DNA of 64,000 bases from Tubiluchus corallicola (lineage: Eukaryota; Animalia; Priapulida). The position numbers were made by a program, and so were the translations under genes. Shown here in pieces: positions 33,892 to 44,437 of this stretch (its first letter is position 1; each line of letters begins with the position of its first letter). The stretch spans positions 169,519-233,518 of the forward strand of contig JAQGDQ010000365.1 in the NCBI GenBank assembly GCA_030141605.1, read 5' to 3'. Under the pieces are notes generated by a model. It searched no databases, was not told the DNA's origin, and saw nothing but the letters and a program-made list of their open reading frames with translations.

Positions 33892-34755
33892 CTACCGATT
33901 TTTTATATCTATTCCCATCAAAATGTATCTTATAATGTTTGCTTTTTTCATTAAAAGTTTGCTTGATTCAAAGTCATCAGATTCAATAATTTTTTTAAAG
34001 CTTTGAAGTTTTTTAATATATAAGTCAAGGGACTCAATAACATTGTCTTTGTTTTGCTCAAAAATAGGAGCCCACATTTCAGGGGAGCTTTTGGCTAATC
34101 GTGCCGTAGAGGAGAACCCACTTCCTGCCATATAAAATATATTTCTTTCTTTTTTTTCTTTTTCAAGCACCGTAAGCCCCAAGGCAAACGAACTAATGTG
34201 GCTAAGATGTGACACAAAAGCAATATGTTTATCATGTTCTTTTGACGACATATAGTTAATGTGCATATTTATATTTTTATATGTTTTTTTGACAACTTCC
34301 AGCTTATCTTTATCGCTTTTTTCCTTATCACAAATAATCATCATCTTGTTGTAAAGCAGCGTAGAAAATGCGGCTTCTATTCCTGAATTTTCTGTTCCAG
34401 CAATGGGGTGGCAAGCAATGTAAGAAGCTCTGTTTTTATGGTTGGCTACTTTGTTGCATATTACTTCTTTTGTAGAACCAAAATCTACTACTATAGCATT
34501 GGGTTTCATTAAATCTAAAACTTGTAAGATTTGTTCAGCAATAATGTTTACAGGAGTTGCCAATACTATTATATCTGCTTTTTTTACTCCTGTTGTTAAG
34601 TCTGCACATTCATCAATAGCGTTTAGTTCCAATGCTTTGTCAAGATTATCTTTATTGACATCTACACCAGTAACGTAATTTTTCTGTGTAGTATTTTTTA
34701 TTCCAAGAGCAAAAGATCCTCCAAGTAAACCCACACCTACAATGCAAAAATTCAT
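33892..34755 (-). CDS. tyrA: prephenate dehydrogenase
   Basis: GVGLLGGS, DFGSTK, HPIAGTE.SG, HD...AFVSHLSH, GSGFSSTARLA. Confidence 0.92.
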   Translation of the reverse strand: MNFCIVGVGLLGGSFALGIKNTTQKNYVTGVDVNKDNLDKALELNAIDECADLTTGVKKADIIVLATPVNIIAEQILQVLDLMKPNAIVVDFGSTKEVICNKVANHKNRASYIACHPIAGTENSGIEAAFSTLLYNKMMIICDKEKSDKDKLEVVKKTYKNINMHINYMSSKEHDKHIAFVSHLSHISSFALGLTVLEKEKKERNIFYMAGSGFSSTARLAKSSPEMWAPIFEQNKDNVIESLDLYIKKLQSFKKIIESDDFESSKLLMKKANIIRYILMGIDIKNR

Positions 34756-35936
34756 AACTGTTTTATTTTTTTTAGATTAATATTTTTTAAGCGTTTTAGG
34801 GCTATGCTCAGTAAATTTTCTTTGACACACAAAGATGCTCGTAAGTACCTTTCTCCTTTTTGTCCAAAGATAAACCCTGGGGCAATAAATATATTATGTT
34901 GATAAAGTATATAATCTGCCATTTTTTTGGATGAGCTGACATCATCAGGAATTTTTGCCCATATAAACAAACCTTCTTGGTTTTTATCATAAGTGCACTC
35001 TAATTGGTTGAATATTTCGTATACTGTATTACGTCTTTTTTTATATATATTATTATTGTTTTGATGCCACTCAGAAGAGTTTAAAAGAGCAAAAGAAGCG
35101 GCTAATTGTAATGGGGAAAACATGCCTGAATCTACATTGCTTTTTACTTTTAGTATTGTGTCAATGTATTCTTTTTTGCCAGATACCCATCCTACTCTCC
35201 ATCCTGCCATATTGTGAGATTTACTCATAGAGTTTAGCTCTATAGCACAATTCTTTGCGTTTTTGATGGAAAGCAGACTAATGGGCTTGCTTTCGTTGAG
35301 TATTAGGCTATAAGGGTTATCATGACATAAAAGAATTTTTTTTCGCATTGCAAAGTTTACAAACTTTTCAAATAGTTGTTTTGAGGCTTTTGCTCCTGTG
35401 GGCATGTTTGGATAGTTTAGCCACATAAGCTTTACGCCTTGCAGATCCATTTTGTCAAGGGTGTCAAAATCGGGTTGCCAGCTCTTTTTTTCTAATAAGG
35501 GATACGTAATAACTTCTGATTCTAACATTTCAGCAACGGCACGATAGACAGGATAGCCTACTTCGGGAATCAGCACTTTGTCACCTTTGTTAAGAAATGC
35601 AAGGGATATGTGGGTTATGCCTTCCTTTGAGCCTATTAAAGGAAGGATGTCATCGTCAAAATTTAGCTTTACGTTATAATTTTTTTCATACCAGTGGCTT
35701 ATAGCTTTTCTTAGCTCAGGTATTCCTCTATAAGAAGAGTAACCATGAGCATTGTCTTTTTGAACTTCTTTTATTAATGCATCAATAGTTAATGGAGATG
35801 GTGGCATATCAGGATTGCCAATTGCCATGTTGATTATGTCCTTGCCTATATCTGTTAATTTTCTTATTTCATTTAACTTAGTAGAGAAATAATATTCATT
35901 GATTTTATTTAATCTGTTGGCTGTTTTTATTATCAT
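34752..35936 (-). CDS. class I/II PLP-dependent aminotransferase
   Basis: EYYFS.KL, IGNPD, GSKEG, NYPNMPTG, HDNPY, SMSKSHNMAGWRVG; 4-nt overlap with tyrA. Confidence 0.9.
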   Translation of the reverse strand: MIIKTANRLNKINEYYFSTKLNEIRKLTDIGKDIINMAIGNPDMPPSPLTIDALIKEVQKDNAHGYSSYRGIPELRKAISHWYEKNYNVKLNFDDDILPLIGSKEGITHISLAFLNKGDKVLIPEVGYPVYRAVAEMLESEVITYPLLEKKSWQPDFDTLDKMDLQGVKLMWLNYPNMPTGAKASKQLFEKFVNFAMRKKILLCHDNPYSLILNESKPISLLSIKNAKNCAIELNSMSKSHNMAGWRVGWVSGKKEYIDTILKVKSNVDSGMFSPLQLAASFALLNSSEWHQNNNNIYKKRRNTVYEIFNQLECTYDKNQEGLFIWAKIPDDVSSSKKMADYILYQHNIFIAPGFIFGQKGERYLRASLCVKENLLSIALKRLKNINLKKIKQL

Positions 35937-35973
35937 TTATCTGTTTTTATTGTATAGAATTTTTAATAGACAC

Positions 35974-36011
35974 AAAAAAAATACTGCCCGAAATTAGGCA
36001 GTATTTTTTTT
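35974..36011 (-). terminator. rho-independent terminator of the DegP-type gene
   Basis: AAAAAAAATACTGCC-cgaaatta-GGCAGTATTTTTTTT. Confidence 0.8.
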
Positions 36012-36027
36012 GACTAATTTCAGAGAG

Positions 36028-37512
36028 TTACCAACCTATGCCATAATATACTTCTTTTCCATCTTCATAAACACCTTGTATCAATAAGCCTCCTTTTTTA
36101 TTATAAAGCATAGAAGCAAAATCATCTACATTAGAAACAGGAACTTTGTCTATAGCAGTTATAATAAATCCTATTTTCAATCCTGCATCTTTCCAATTTC
36201 CATTTCCTAACTTTATTAGCTTTACTCCTCCTTCAATATTGTGTTTATTTATTTCTTGTTCGGTGAGATTTTTAAACACGCCTCCTGCTATTTGAATTTC
36301 TTGACTTGCTTTTATAACAGATGTGTTGTTTGCTACGTTCTTTAATGTAGCGTCAGTTGTTTTTTTATCGCCATTTCTAATATAAGTAACTTTTATTTTA
36401 TCACCAGGGCGATGCAAAGCAATATGTTCTTGTAACTCTGCAACATTATTTATAGGTTTGTCATTAATGGCAATAATAATGTCTTCGGACTTTAACTTTG
36501 CTTCATCTGCTGAACCACCTGGCACAACATCGCTTATGTACACTCCTGCCAACTGCTTCACTTTATTTTTAATTCGGGAGTCTGTGACGTCTTGTATACT
36601 AATTCCTAATAAGGCTCTTTGTACAGTTCCAAATTCTATTAAATCTTCCGTTACTTTTTTCACGATAGATGCGGGTACGGCAAATGCGTATCCTGCATAA
36701 GTGCCAGTTGTAGTGGCAATAGCTGTGTTTACTCCTACCAACTCTCCTCTTAAATTTACCAATGCTCCTCCGCTATTACCTACATTAATAGCAGCGTCAG
36801 TTTGTATAAACGATTCTATGCTATATTGCCGTCTTAGAATACCAATATTTCTTGTTTTTGCACTTACAATGCCTGCCGTTACGGTTGATTCTAAATCAAA
36901 GGGATTCCCTACTGCCAGCACCCATTCCCCTACCTGCAAATTTTCTGAATTACCATATTTAAGATAACTTAGTGCTTCGGCATCTATTTTTATTACTGCA
37001 AGGTCAGTATTAGGGTCTGTTCCTATTACGGTTGCTTGATACTCTCTTTTATCAGAAAGTGAAATACTAATGTTACTAGCATTTTCTATTACATGATGAT
37101 TTGTTACGATATATCCATCAGGTCTTATAATTACTCCAGAGCCAGAAGCTTTTCCTTCTCTGTAAGGAGCATCAAAGGGAGATTGTCCAAAAAACTCTTT
37201 AAACACGTCACCAAGAGGGTTTTGTGGATTTTTATTAGGAGTTTTTATTGTTGACTTTATATGCACTACACACTCTTTGGAAATGTTGGCAGCATAAACG
37301 AAATTTAATCCATTAGGAACGATGGCGTTAGAAGAGTCAGAAATCCAGTTGACAAATTTTAAATTGTCGTTGCTTGTTGTTATATAACGATAATTTTGAT
37401 CATGACCAAAAATAAAGGTATAAAGAGCTAATGACAGCACTGCTCCTACAATAGATGCAACAACCAAATTTATGAATGAATTGCTTTTTTTTGATGATTT
37501 CATTATTTTCAC
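36028..37512 (-). CDS. degP: Do/DegQ family serine endopeptidase with PDZ domains
   Basis: SGSGVII, TNHHVI, DLAVIKI, IQTDAAINVGNSGGAL, two PDZ-like regions. Confidence 0.9.
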   Translation of the reverse strand: MKIMKSSKKSNSFINLVVASIVGAVLSLALYTFIFGHDQNYRYITTSNDNLKFVNWISDSSNAIVPNGLNFVYAANISKECVVHIKSTIKTPNKNPQNPLGDVFKEFFGQSPFDAPYREGKASGSGVIIRPDGYIVTNHHVIENASNISISLSDKREYQATVIGTDPNTDLAVIKIDAEALSYLKYGNSENLQVGEWVLAVGNPFDLESTVTAGIVSAKTRNIGILRRQYSIESFIQTDAAINVGNSGGALVNLRGELVGVNTAIATTTGTYAGYAFAVPASIVKKVTEDLIEFGTVQRALLGISIQDVTDSRIKNKVKQLAGVYISDVVPGGSADEAKLKSEDIIIAINDKPINNVAELQEHIALHRPGDKIKVTYIRNGDKKTTDATLKNVANNTSVIKASQEIQIAGGVFKNLTEQEINKHNIEGGVKLIKLGNGNWKDAGLKIGFIITAIDKVPVSNVDDFASMLYNKKGGLLIQGVYEDGKEVYYGIGW

Positions 37513-37611
37513 GTTAATTTATTGTCGAATATAAATAACACTTAACCTACAAAATTAAATTGTTTTTTTATTTATATCAAACTAAATTCACAAAAAATCA
37601 CTAAATTTATT

Positions 37612-38208
37612 ATGCGCATAAAAGGGTTCAAATTTTTATTTCAAATATCATTGACAGAAGCTAAGGGTTTTGTAATATTGATAGGCAGTTTATCTATTCT
37701 GTTATTATTCTATTTTTTGCCTTTTTCTTCGTCACAAGATATTAATTTTCAGGAAAAACAGATGTTGGATAGTATAGCTCTATTATTAGATAGAAAATTT
37801 ACTCATGATAAATTAACGATAGATAGTAAAAGGCAAGACATAAATATAACAGGGCGACAAGCATTAATGAAAATTAAAGGAGTAGGAGATAAAGTTTCTA
37901 ACAGAATAATTGATTACAGGCAGCGTTTGGGAGGGTTTATAAGTGAAAGTCAATACAAAGAAATATCTAAATTAAATCATAAAGCAATAGAAGCAATGAA
38001 AACAAATTTTTATATAGGCGAAACTTTCATTCCTACAAAAATTAATGTTAATCAAGACACACTATTAAGCCATCCCTATTTTTCTGAGATTCATATTGAA
38101 AAGATATTAGAATATCGCCAAAACGTAAAAATAGATGAAGCAGAGTTTAAAAAAATAATAGAAGATGAAGAGTTATATAATAAAATATTACCATATATTA
38201 GATTCTAA
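37612..38208 (+). CDS. ComEA-like helix-hairpin-helix protein, membrane-anchored
   Basis: N-terminal TM; DIN...LMKIKGVGDKVSNRIIDYRQRLGGF; second KINVN..L.SHPY repeat. Confidence 0.75.
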   Translation: MRIKGFKFLFQISLTEAKGFVILIGSLSILLLFYFLPFSSSQDINFQEKQMLDSIALLLDRKFTHDKLTIDSKRQDINITGRQALMKIKGVGDKVSNRIIDYRQRLGGFISESQYKEISKLNHKAIEAMKTNFYIGETFIPTKINVNQDTLLSHPYFSEIHIEKILEYRQNVKIDEAEFKKIIEDEELYNKILPYIRF

Positions 38209-38209
38209 T

Positions 38210-38713
38210 ATGACAAGAAATAAGAAATGTTACTCTATTTTATTGGTGGTTTTTTTGCTATTTGTAAGTGCTTGTTCTCACCGAACCAAGCCTTCTGGTA
38301 GCACCAAGTCATTGTCTAAACTCAAAAAAATAGATTTAGTGGTAGAAAAAGCGCAATCTTTTATGGGAACACCGTACAGATATGGAGGAACTACGGTGTT
38401 AGGTATAGATTGTTCAGGATTACTAATGAGAAGTTTTGAGGCTATAAATGTATACATTCCAAGAACAACTTCTGAGCAATGTAAAGTGGGTAAGCAAGTC
38501 ACCATTTCTCAATTGAGACGTGGTGACTTATTATTTTTTTCTGATAAACCTAATAAAAAAACAATAACCCATGCCGGATTGGTCTCAAAAGTGGTCAATG
38601 CCAATGAAATTATTTTTGTTCATGCCTCTTCTAGTAAAGGAGTAATAGAAAACAACCTAAACTCAAACTACTATAAAAAAAGATTTGTAACTGCCAGAAG
38701 AATAATTTATTAA
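38210..38713 (+). CDS. NlpC/P60 (C40) peptidase, lipoprotein
   Basis: Lipobox VSAC; GTPYRYGG...DCSGL, GDLLFF, HAG, FVHASS. Confidence 0.9.
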   Translation: MTRNKKCYSILLVVFLLFVSACSHRTKPSGSTKSLSKLKKIDLVVEKAQSFMGTPYRYGGTTVLGIDCSGLLMRSFEAINVYIPRTTSEQCKVGKQVTISQLRRGDLLFFSDKPNKKTITHAGLVSKVVNANEIIFVHASSSKGVIENNLNSNYYKKRFVTARRIIY

Positions 38714-38914
38714 ACCCTTAATAAATTAAGGCATTATTATTTTTTCAACATTAATTTTTTTAAAAGAAATCATCAAAAAGTTTGCATATATAATAAAAAA
38801 TAATGAAATTTCGTTGCATGCAAGTTTAAAGCTAAACTTTACATTTAATTTATGTTACACTTTACAAATGCGTATTAAGTGTTAAAAATATTGTTTAATT
38901 TAAAAACTAATTTT

Positions 38915-41900
38915 ATGAAATATTCCTATCAACAATTATTTTCCTGCATCATTATCTTATTAATAATATCAGGAAGTGCATATGCACAAAGCACCATTAC
39001 CGTAAAAGGTAAGGTTACAGATGCCTTAGGAGAAGGATTGCCCGGAGTAAATATTTCTGTTAAAAATACAAACACAGGAACAGTTTCGGACCTAGATGGC
39101 AATTATTCTTTAAGCGTAACTGAAAATGCTACTATAGTATTTACAGCCATAGGACTTATGCCTGTTGAAGAAAATGTAAATAGTAGAACGAAAATTGATG
39201 TTACAATGCAAGAAGATGTGAAAGAGCTAAAAGATGTTGTAATTACGGCATTAGGTATAGAGCGAGAAGCCAAAGCACTATCTTATGGAGCGACACAAAT
39301 TGGGGGGGACGAATTGGTAGAAGCAAGAGAAGCAAACATCATCAATAACTTGTCAGGTAAAATGGCAGGTGTACAAATCAACCAGGCAGGAGGAGGAGCA
39401 GGAAGTTCTACACGAATTACAATTAGAGGAAATAGCTTTTTAGGAAGCAATAACCAGCCGCTAGTTGTTGTAGATGGTGTGCCTATTGATAACATGGGTA
39501 AATCTACAGATGACCCATGGGGGAATAGGCAAATAGATTATGGTAATGGATTGTCAGATATTAACCCTGATAATATAGAGTCAATATCTGTCTTGAAAGG
39601 TCCTGCTGCCTCTGCGCTTTATGGCTCTAGGGCTGGTAGTGGGGTTATTATGGTTACTACCAAAAGTGGAAAGGTTGACAAAGCATTGGGGATAACTTTA
39701 AACTCTAATACTACTTTTGAAATGCCAAGAAGTTATTTAAAAATGCAAAATGAATATGGACAAGGAACAGGGGGCGAATTCCAACCAAACTATTCTGGCA
39801 GTTGGGGAAGTCCAATAGATGGGCGAATGGTTACAGATTGGACAGGTGAAAATAGACCTCTTGTAGCAGAAGGAAATGATATATCAAAAGATTATTTTCA
39901 AACAGGTGTAAATACTCAAAATACTATTTCACTATCAGCATCAGGAAAGGGTTATAGTTCAATAAACTCATTTTCACACAACTATGGAAAGGGGGTTATG
40001 CCCACTAATGAACTGAAAAGATTTATGTTAAGTACCAAATCTCTTTTTGATCTAGGAAAACAATTTAGTTCAGAATACAGCATAAATTACACTAACTCAA
40101 CAGGAAACAACAGACCAAAATTAGCAGCAGACCCTGATAACCTTATTTTTAACTACGTTACAATGCCTAGAAGCGTAAGTTATAGAGATCTAGAACATCG
40201 ATTGCGACGTCCAGGAGAATATAGACCATGGGGATGGGTTGACAATGATAACGGCAAGGTGTTAAATCCCTATTTTTCTAATAAATATAATACCAATGAG
40301 GACAATAGGCATAGAACAATGGGGTATGGAATGCTTAAGTTTAAACAAAGCGAAATATTTAGTACTCATGTAAAGTATGGGTTTGACTTCTTTTCTTTTA
40401 GAAAAAGAAATCAATTAGGAACAGGAGTACCCTATTGGGTAGATGGAAAAGGGGGAATAACAGAAGAAAAAGAGCAAGGTTTGGAACAAAACATTGAGAT
40501 ATTGAGTCGATTAGGAAAGGATAACATTGCTAATTCACCCTTTTCTGGAAGCTTAACTTTTGGAGGGAATTTTATGTTTCAAGATGGCAACTTAATAAAG
40601 GCAGAGGTATTAAATTTGTTAGTGCCTGACTTTTATTCTATTAACAATGCTGTGCCAGGAAAGTTTCTTCTTGAGGAAAAGATTCGTCAAAAAAGAATCT
40701 TTTCCGTATTTGGTATGGGACAACTGTCATATAATAACTACCTTTATTTGGATGTAACTTTTAGAAATGATTGGTCATCGGCATTGCCACCAGAACACTG
40801 GTCGTACTTTTATCCTTCTGTAGGTTTAAGTGCTGTAATATCTGATATGATGGAGGTTCCTCAGTGGCTTAGTTTTTTTAAATTAAGAGCATCTTATGCA
40901 GAGGTGGGTAATGATACAGATCCGTATCGATTATATTTGACCAATGAAATAGAAATACAGGAGAGGCTGTACAACCTGATATTAAACCAAATTCAAGTTT
41001 AAGACCAGAAAGGTTAAAATCTATTGAAGGAGGTTTAGAAGCAAAGTTTTTCATGGATAGACTAGGTTTAGACTTTACTTATTATAGAAATGATGCGACA
41101 GATCAAATAGTAAAACTACCTGTAAACCCATCAACGGGCTTTAACTATGAACTTATTAATGCAGGAAACGTTAGAAACTCAGGTATGGAAATTATATTAA
41201 GTGGCGTAATTATAAAGCAACAAAATTTCACATGGGAAATGAGTATAAACTGGACACGTAACGTAAATAAAATAATAGAACTCACTGAAACAGAAAAACA
41301 ACAAATTTTAAATGACGATGCTGTAGGAGATGCCTTCCCTCTTCTTGTTGCAAGAGAAAATGGCGGTTTTGGAGATATATATGCCTATACTTACAAGACA
41401 AATGATGAAGGTGATTTGATTTTAAATGCAAGTGGAGAGTTTCAACGAAGTGAAGAACGTGTATTGGTTGGAAACTTCACTCCTGACTGGTTTGGAGGCA
41501 TATCCTCATCATTTGTGTATAGAACACCTGCAATGGGGCAAATATCGCTTAGAGTATTATTTGACGTAAGACAAGGAGGAGAAATTTATTCGGGAACACT
41601 GGCTACTGCGGCAGCATCAGGAACAAGTGCCATGACGGCTGAAAATAATAGAAACGATTATGTCATTACTGGTGTAGATGTTGATGGAAATCCTCAGCAG
41701 GGAACTATGAGTGCACAAGCTTATTGGCAGGCGAAATCTAGCATACAATCTGAGTGGGTATATGATGCAAGCGAATTTACTTTTAGAGAACTTACAGTAG
41801 GATATAGTTTCCCAAAACAACTTTTTGAAGAAAAACCCATTCAAAACGTTATGATTAGTTTTGTTGCCAGAAACTTACACACTTGGAACAAACTAAATGG

Positions 41901-42003
41901 TATACCAGCATCATCTTTTACAAGTTCTAACCAACAAGGATGGGAGTATTATACAATGCCTCTAACCACCACATTAGGATTTAATTTAAAAGTAGGCTTC
42001 TAA
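38915..42003 (+). CDS. susC: SusC/RagA TonB-dependent transporter (split by 1-nt frameshift at ~40953)
   Basis: VVITALGI, ITIRG, PLVVVDGVP, DINPDNIESISVLKGPAASALYGSRA, YFYPSV, LKVGF end. One added A gives NTGEAVQPDIKPNSSLRPERLKSIEGG, which joins the 41053 ORF. Confidence 0.9.
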
Positions 42004-42025
42004 TTTACTAAAACTCTTTAATGTC

Positions 42026-43630
42026 ATGAATTTGAAAAAATATTATTATTATATAAACAAAAAAATTTACATAACACTTATGTTGTTATTGGTTGTTCTT
42101 TTTGCAAACTCTTGTGAAGATTGGGAAGAACTCAATCATAACCCCAACGAACCGCCCTCACATATAGTAGATCCTGGGCTTAAAATGGGAAGTGTTTTTA
42201 AACAATCGGCTTTTACAGCACACTTACATCAGAGAATACATAATATATATGCAGATATGTTCTCTCAATACTTTATTGGGCATGGTTGGTCAACATATGA
42301 TTATCAGAGCAACGACGGTTTTAGCAATGAGTATTGGGCAGAACACTATAAGTGGTTTTTTTCCTTAATAAGCCTTATTGAGGAGTATAAAGACGATGAA
42401 GAAAGAGTGAATTCTGTATCAGTATTTCGTATCTGGAAAGTGTGGATTACACATAGGGCTGTTGATTTGTGGAGTGACATGCCTTATTCTAATGCTGGAG
42501 AAGGCATTTACGATAAAGAAAAAGATATTTACTCAGATATGCTCAAAGAACTAAAAGAAGCAACTGCAGATTTGGATGAAAGTAAAATTATATTTGCAGA
42601 CGCTACCCATGACTTAATATACGGTGGCAATGTGTTGCAATGGAAAAAATTTGCCAATTCTCTTCGGTTACGCTTAGCAATTCGTATTAGTGATGCAGAT
42701 CCTAACTTGGCAAAAGCAAATGCAGAAGAAGCAGTAGCAGGAGGTGTGATAGAGAGCAATGCAGATATTCCATACATGCCTAATTTTGAAGGCTGGGGAA
42801 ATGGATATAATTATAACTATTATTTTTGGTGGGGAGTAGGTAATGGCATGGCAATGAGCGAGTCTATGTATAAAACAGTAGTAAATATTGGCGACATAGA
42901 TTTTAATACAGATGATGTAGATGCCCCAATAACTGACTATCCTGCAAAAGTAGACCCCAGAGCGACAGTTGTTTATGGGTCAACTTCGCTTAATAAGCCA
43001 GATGAGGATTTTAAAGGATCTTGGAGAGGCTTGCCATTTGGATTATCAAAAAATGATAGAGAGAAACCTGAAAATGCTATGCAAAATGTTTCGAGAGCCA
43101 ATAAATCTATAAGAGGAGAGTCACTTGGGGATCCTAATTTTTACACAGTGAGAAAATTTACAATTATGCCTGCATCAGAGGTTTGGTTTTTAAGAGCAGA
43201 AGGAGTGCTTAAAAACTGGGATATGGGAGTAGCAGGTAAGAACGCATATGAAGAAGGAGTAAAGCAATCTTTTTATTATTGGGACCTTGATGAAGCCATA
43301 GCTGATACATATCTTGCTTCTAATGCAACAAACGAATATGGCGTTTCGGCATCGTTTGATGACGTAGATGGAGGCTCAAAGTTGGAAAAGATCATTACAC
43401 AGAAATATATTGCAGGTTTGCCTGACAACTCATGGGAAGCATGGGCTGATTTGAGAAGGTTAGAATTGCCCGTATTAGATTATGGCAATCAATTTAATAG
43501 CAATATTGATGAAGGAAACGTAATTCAACGTGTAAAATATCCGAGTACGCAAGCATTTACCAATGCAGAGGAGTATGATAAAGTTAAGGAAAATGATAAT
43601 GAAGGGCACAAGCATTGGTGGTCAAAATGA
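42026..43630 (+). CDS. susD: SusD/RagB family lipoprotein
   Basis: Lipobox ANSC-EDWEELNHNPN, DLIYGGN...WKKFANSLRLR, EVWFLRAE, IITQKY, EAWADLRR. Confidence 0.9.
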   Translation: MNLKKYYYYINKKIYITLMLLLVVLFANSCEDWEELNHNPNEPPSHIVDPGLKMGSVFKQSAFTAHLHQRIHNIYADMFSQYFIGHGWSTYDYQSNDGFSNEYWAEHYKWFFSLISLIEEYKDDEERVNSVSVFRIWKVWITHRAVDLWSDMPYSNAGEGIYDKEKDIYSDMLKELKEATADLDESKIIFADATHDLIYGGNVLQWKKFANSLRLRLAIRISDADPNLAKANAEEAVAGGVIESNADIPYMPNFEGWGNGYNYNYYFWWGVGNGMAMSESMYKTVVNIGDIDFNTDDVDAPITDYPAKVDPRATVVYGSTSLNKPDEDFKGSWRGLPFGLSKNDREKPENAMQNVSRANKSIRGESLGDPNFYTVRKFTIMPASEVWFLRAEGVLKNWDMGVAGKNAYEEGVKQSFYYWDLDEAIADTYLASNATNEYGVSASFDDVDGGSKLEKIITQKYIAGLPDNSWEAWADLRRLELPVLDYGNQFNSNIDEGNVIQRVKYPSTQAFTNAEEYDKVKENDNEGHKHWWSK

Positions 43631-43654
43631 AAGTAGGATATTCTTAATAAGATG

Positions 43655-43692
43655 AACAGCAAAAAGAGGCAACGAGCCTCTTTTTGCTGTTT
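43655..43692 (+). terminator. rho-independent terminator after susD
   Basis: AACAGCAAAAAGAGGC-aacga-GCCTCTTTTTGCTGTT perfect 16-bp stem. Confidence 0.8.
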
Positions 43693-43849
43693 TATAGTAA
43701 AAACACTTTTTTATTAAAAATGCACATTTCGTTTTGGTGATTATAATAGTGCATGAAAGCAAGAGAGCCTCTTTGCCTTTGAGTTAAGCAATATCTAAAA
43801 TCTTTCCTAAACTGGTATAGTCACCTAAACTATAAAGAGTTTGCAGGCA

Positions 43850-44437
43850 TTAGTGTATTCTTTTTTTAGAAAAGAAAGCTCTTTGAAAAACCAAAATAAC
43901 AACTACTCCAACAAATATAGAGGCATCTGCAATGTTAAAAATAGGCCAAAGTGTCATTGGTTTTCCTCCTATGAAAGGCATCCATTCGGGTAAAAATCCT
44001 TCCCATATATCTATATAAAATATGTCTATTACTTGTCCATGTAACCACTTGTAAGGTGCATCCATAGGTGCGTTGTCAAGCAGCACACCATAAAACACGC
44101 TATCTAATACATTACCAACCGCTCCTCCTAAAATGAGTGCTATGCTTATTCGCAATAGAACATGTGCTTTTTCTTTGATGAGAAAATATAAATAGTTGAT
44201 AATCAACAGCACAATACTTATTCTTATTATTGTGAGTATTAGCTTTCCATATTTATAATTAAAATTAATCCCGAAAGCCATACCCGGATTGAGGGTGTAA
44301 TGCAATTTAAACCAGTCGCCAAAAACGGCAATTTCTCCCGCTGCTCCCCTGTCAATATAATAAAAAACGGCTAACTTAACAATTTGATCAATGATTATAA
44401 CTGCAAGAGCAATTAAATAGTATTTATAGTATTTCAT
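43850..44437 (-). CDS. lspA: lipoprotein signal peptidase
   Basis: DQIVK, NPGMAFG, GAVGNVLD, VID, PIFNIAD. Confidence 0.92.
   Translation of the reverse strand: MKYYKYYLIALAVIIIDQIVKLAVFYYIDRGAAGEIAVFGDWFKLHYTLNPGMAFGINFNYKYGKLILTIIRISIVLLIINYLYFLIKEKAHVLLRISIALILGGAVGNVLDSVFYGVLLDNAPMDAPYKWLHGQVIDIFYIDIWEGFLPEWMPFIGGKPMTLWPIFNIADASIFVGVVVILVFQRAFFSKKRIH

Noticed and set aside
43756-43781. Second hairpin sharing GAGCCTCTTT with the susD terminator, as a repeat family
   Set aside because: Short and imperfect; adequately explained as a possible lspA terminator or chance.
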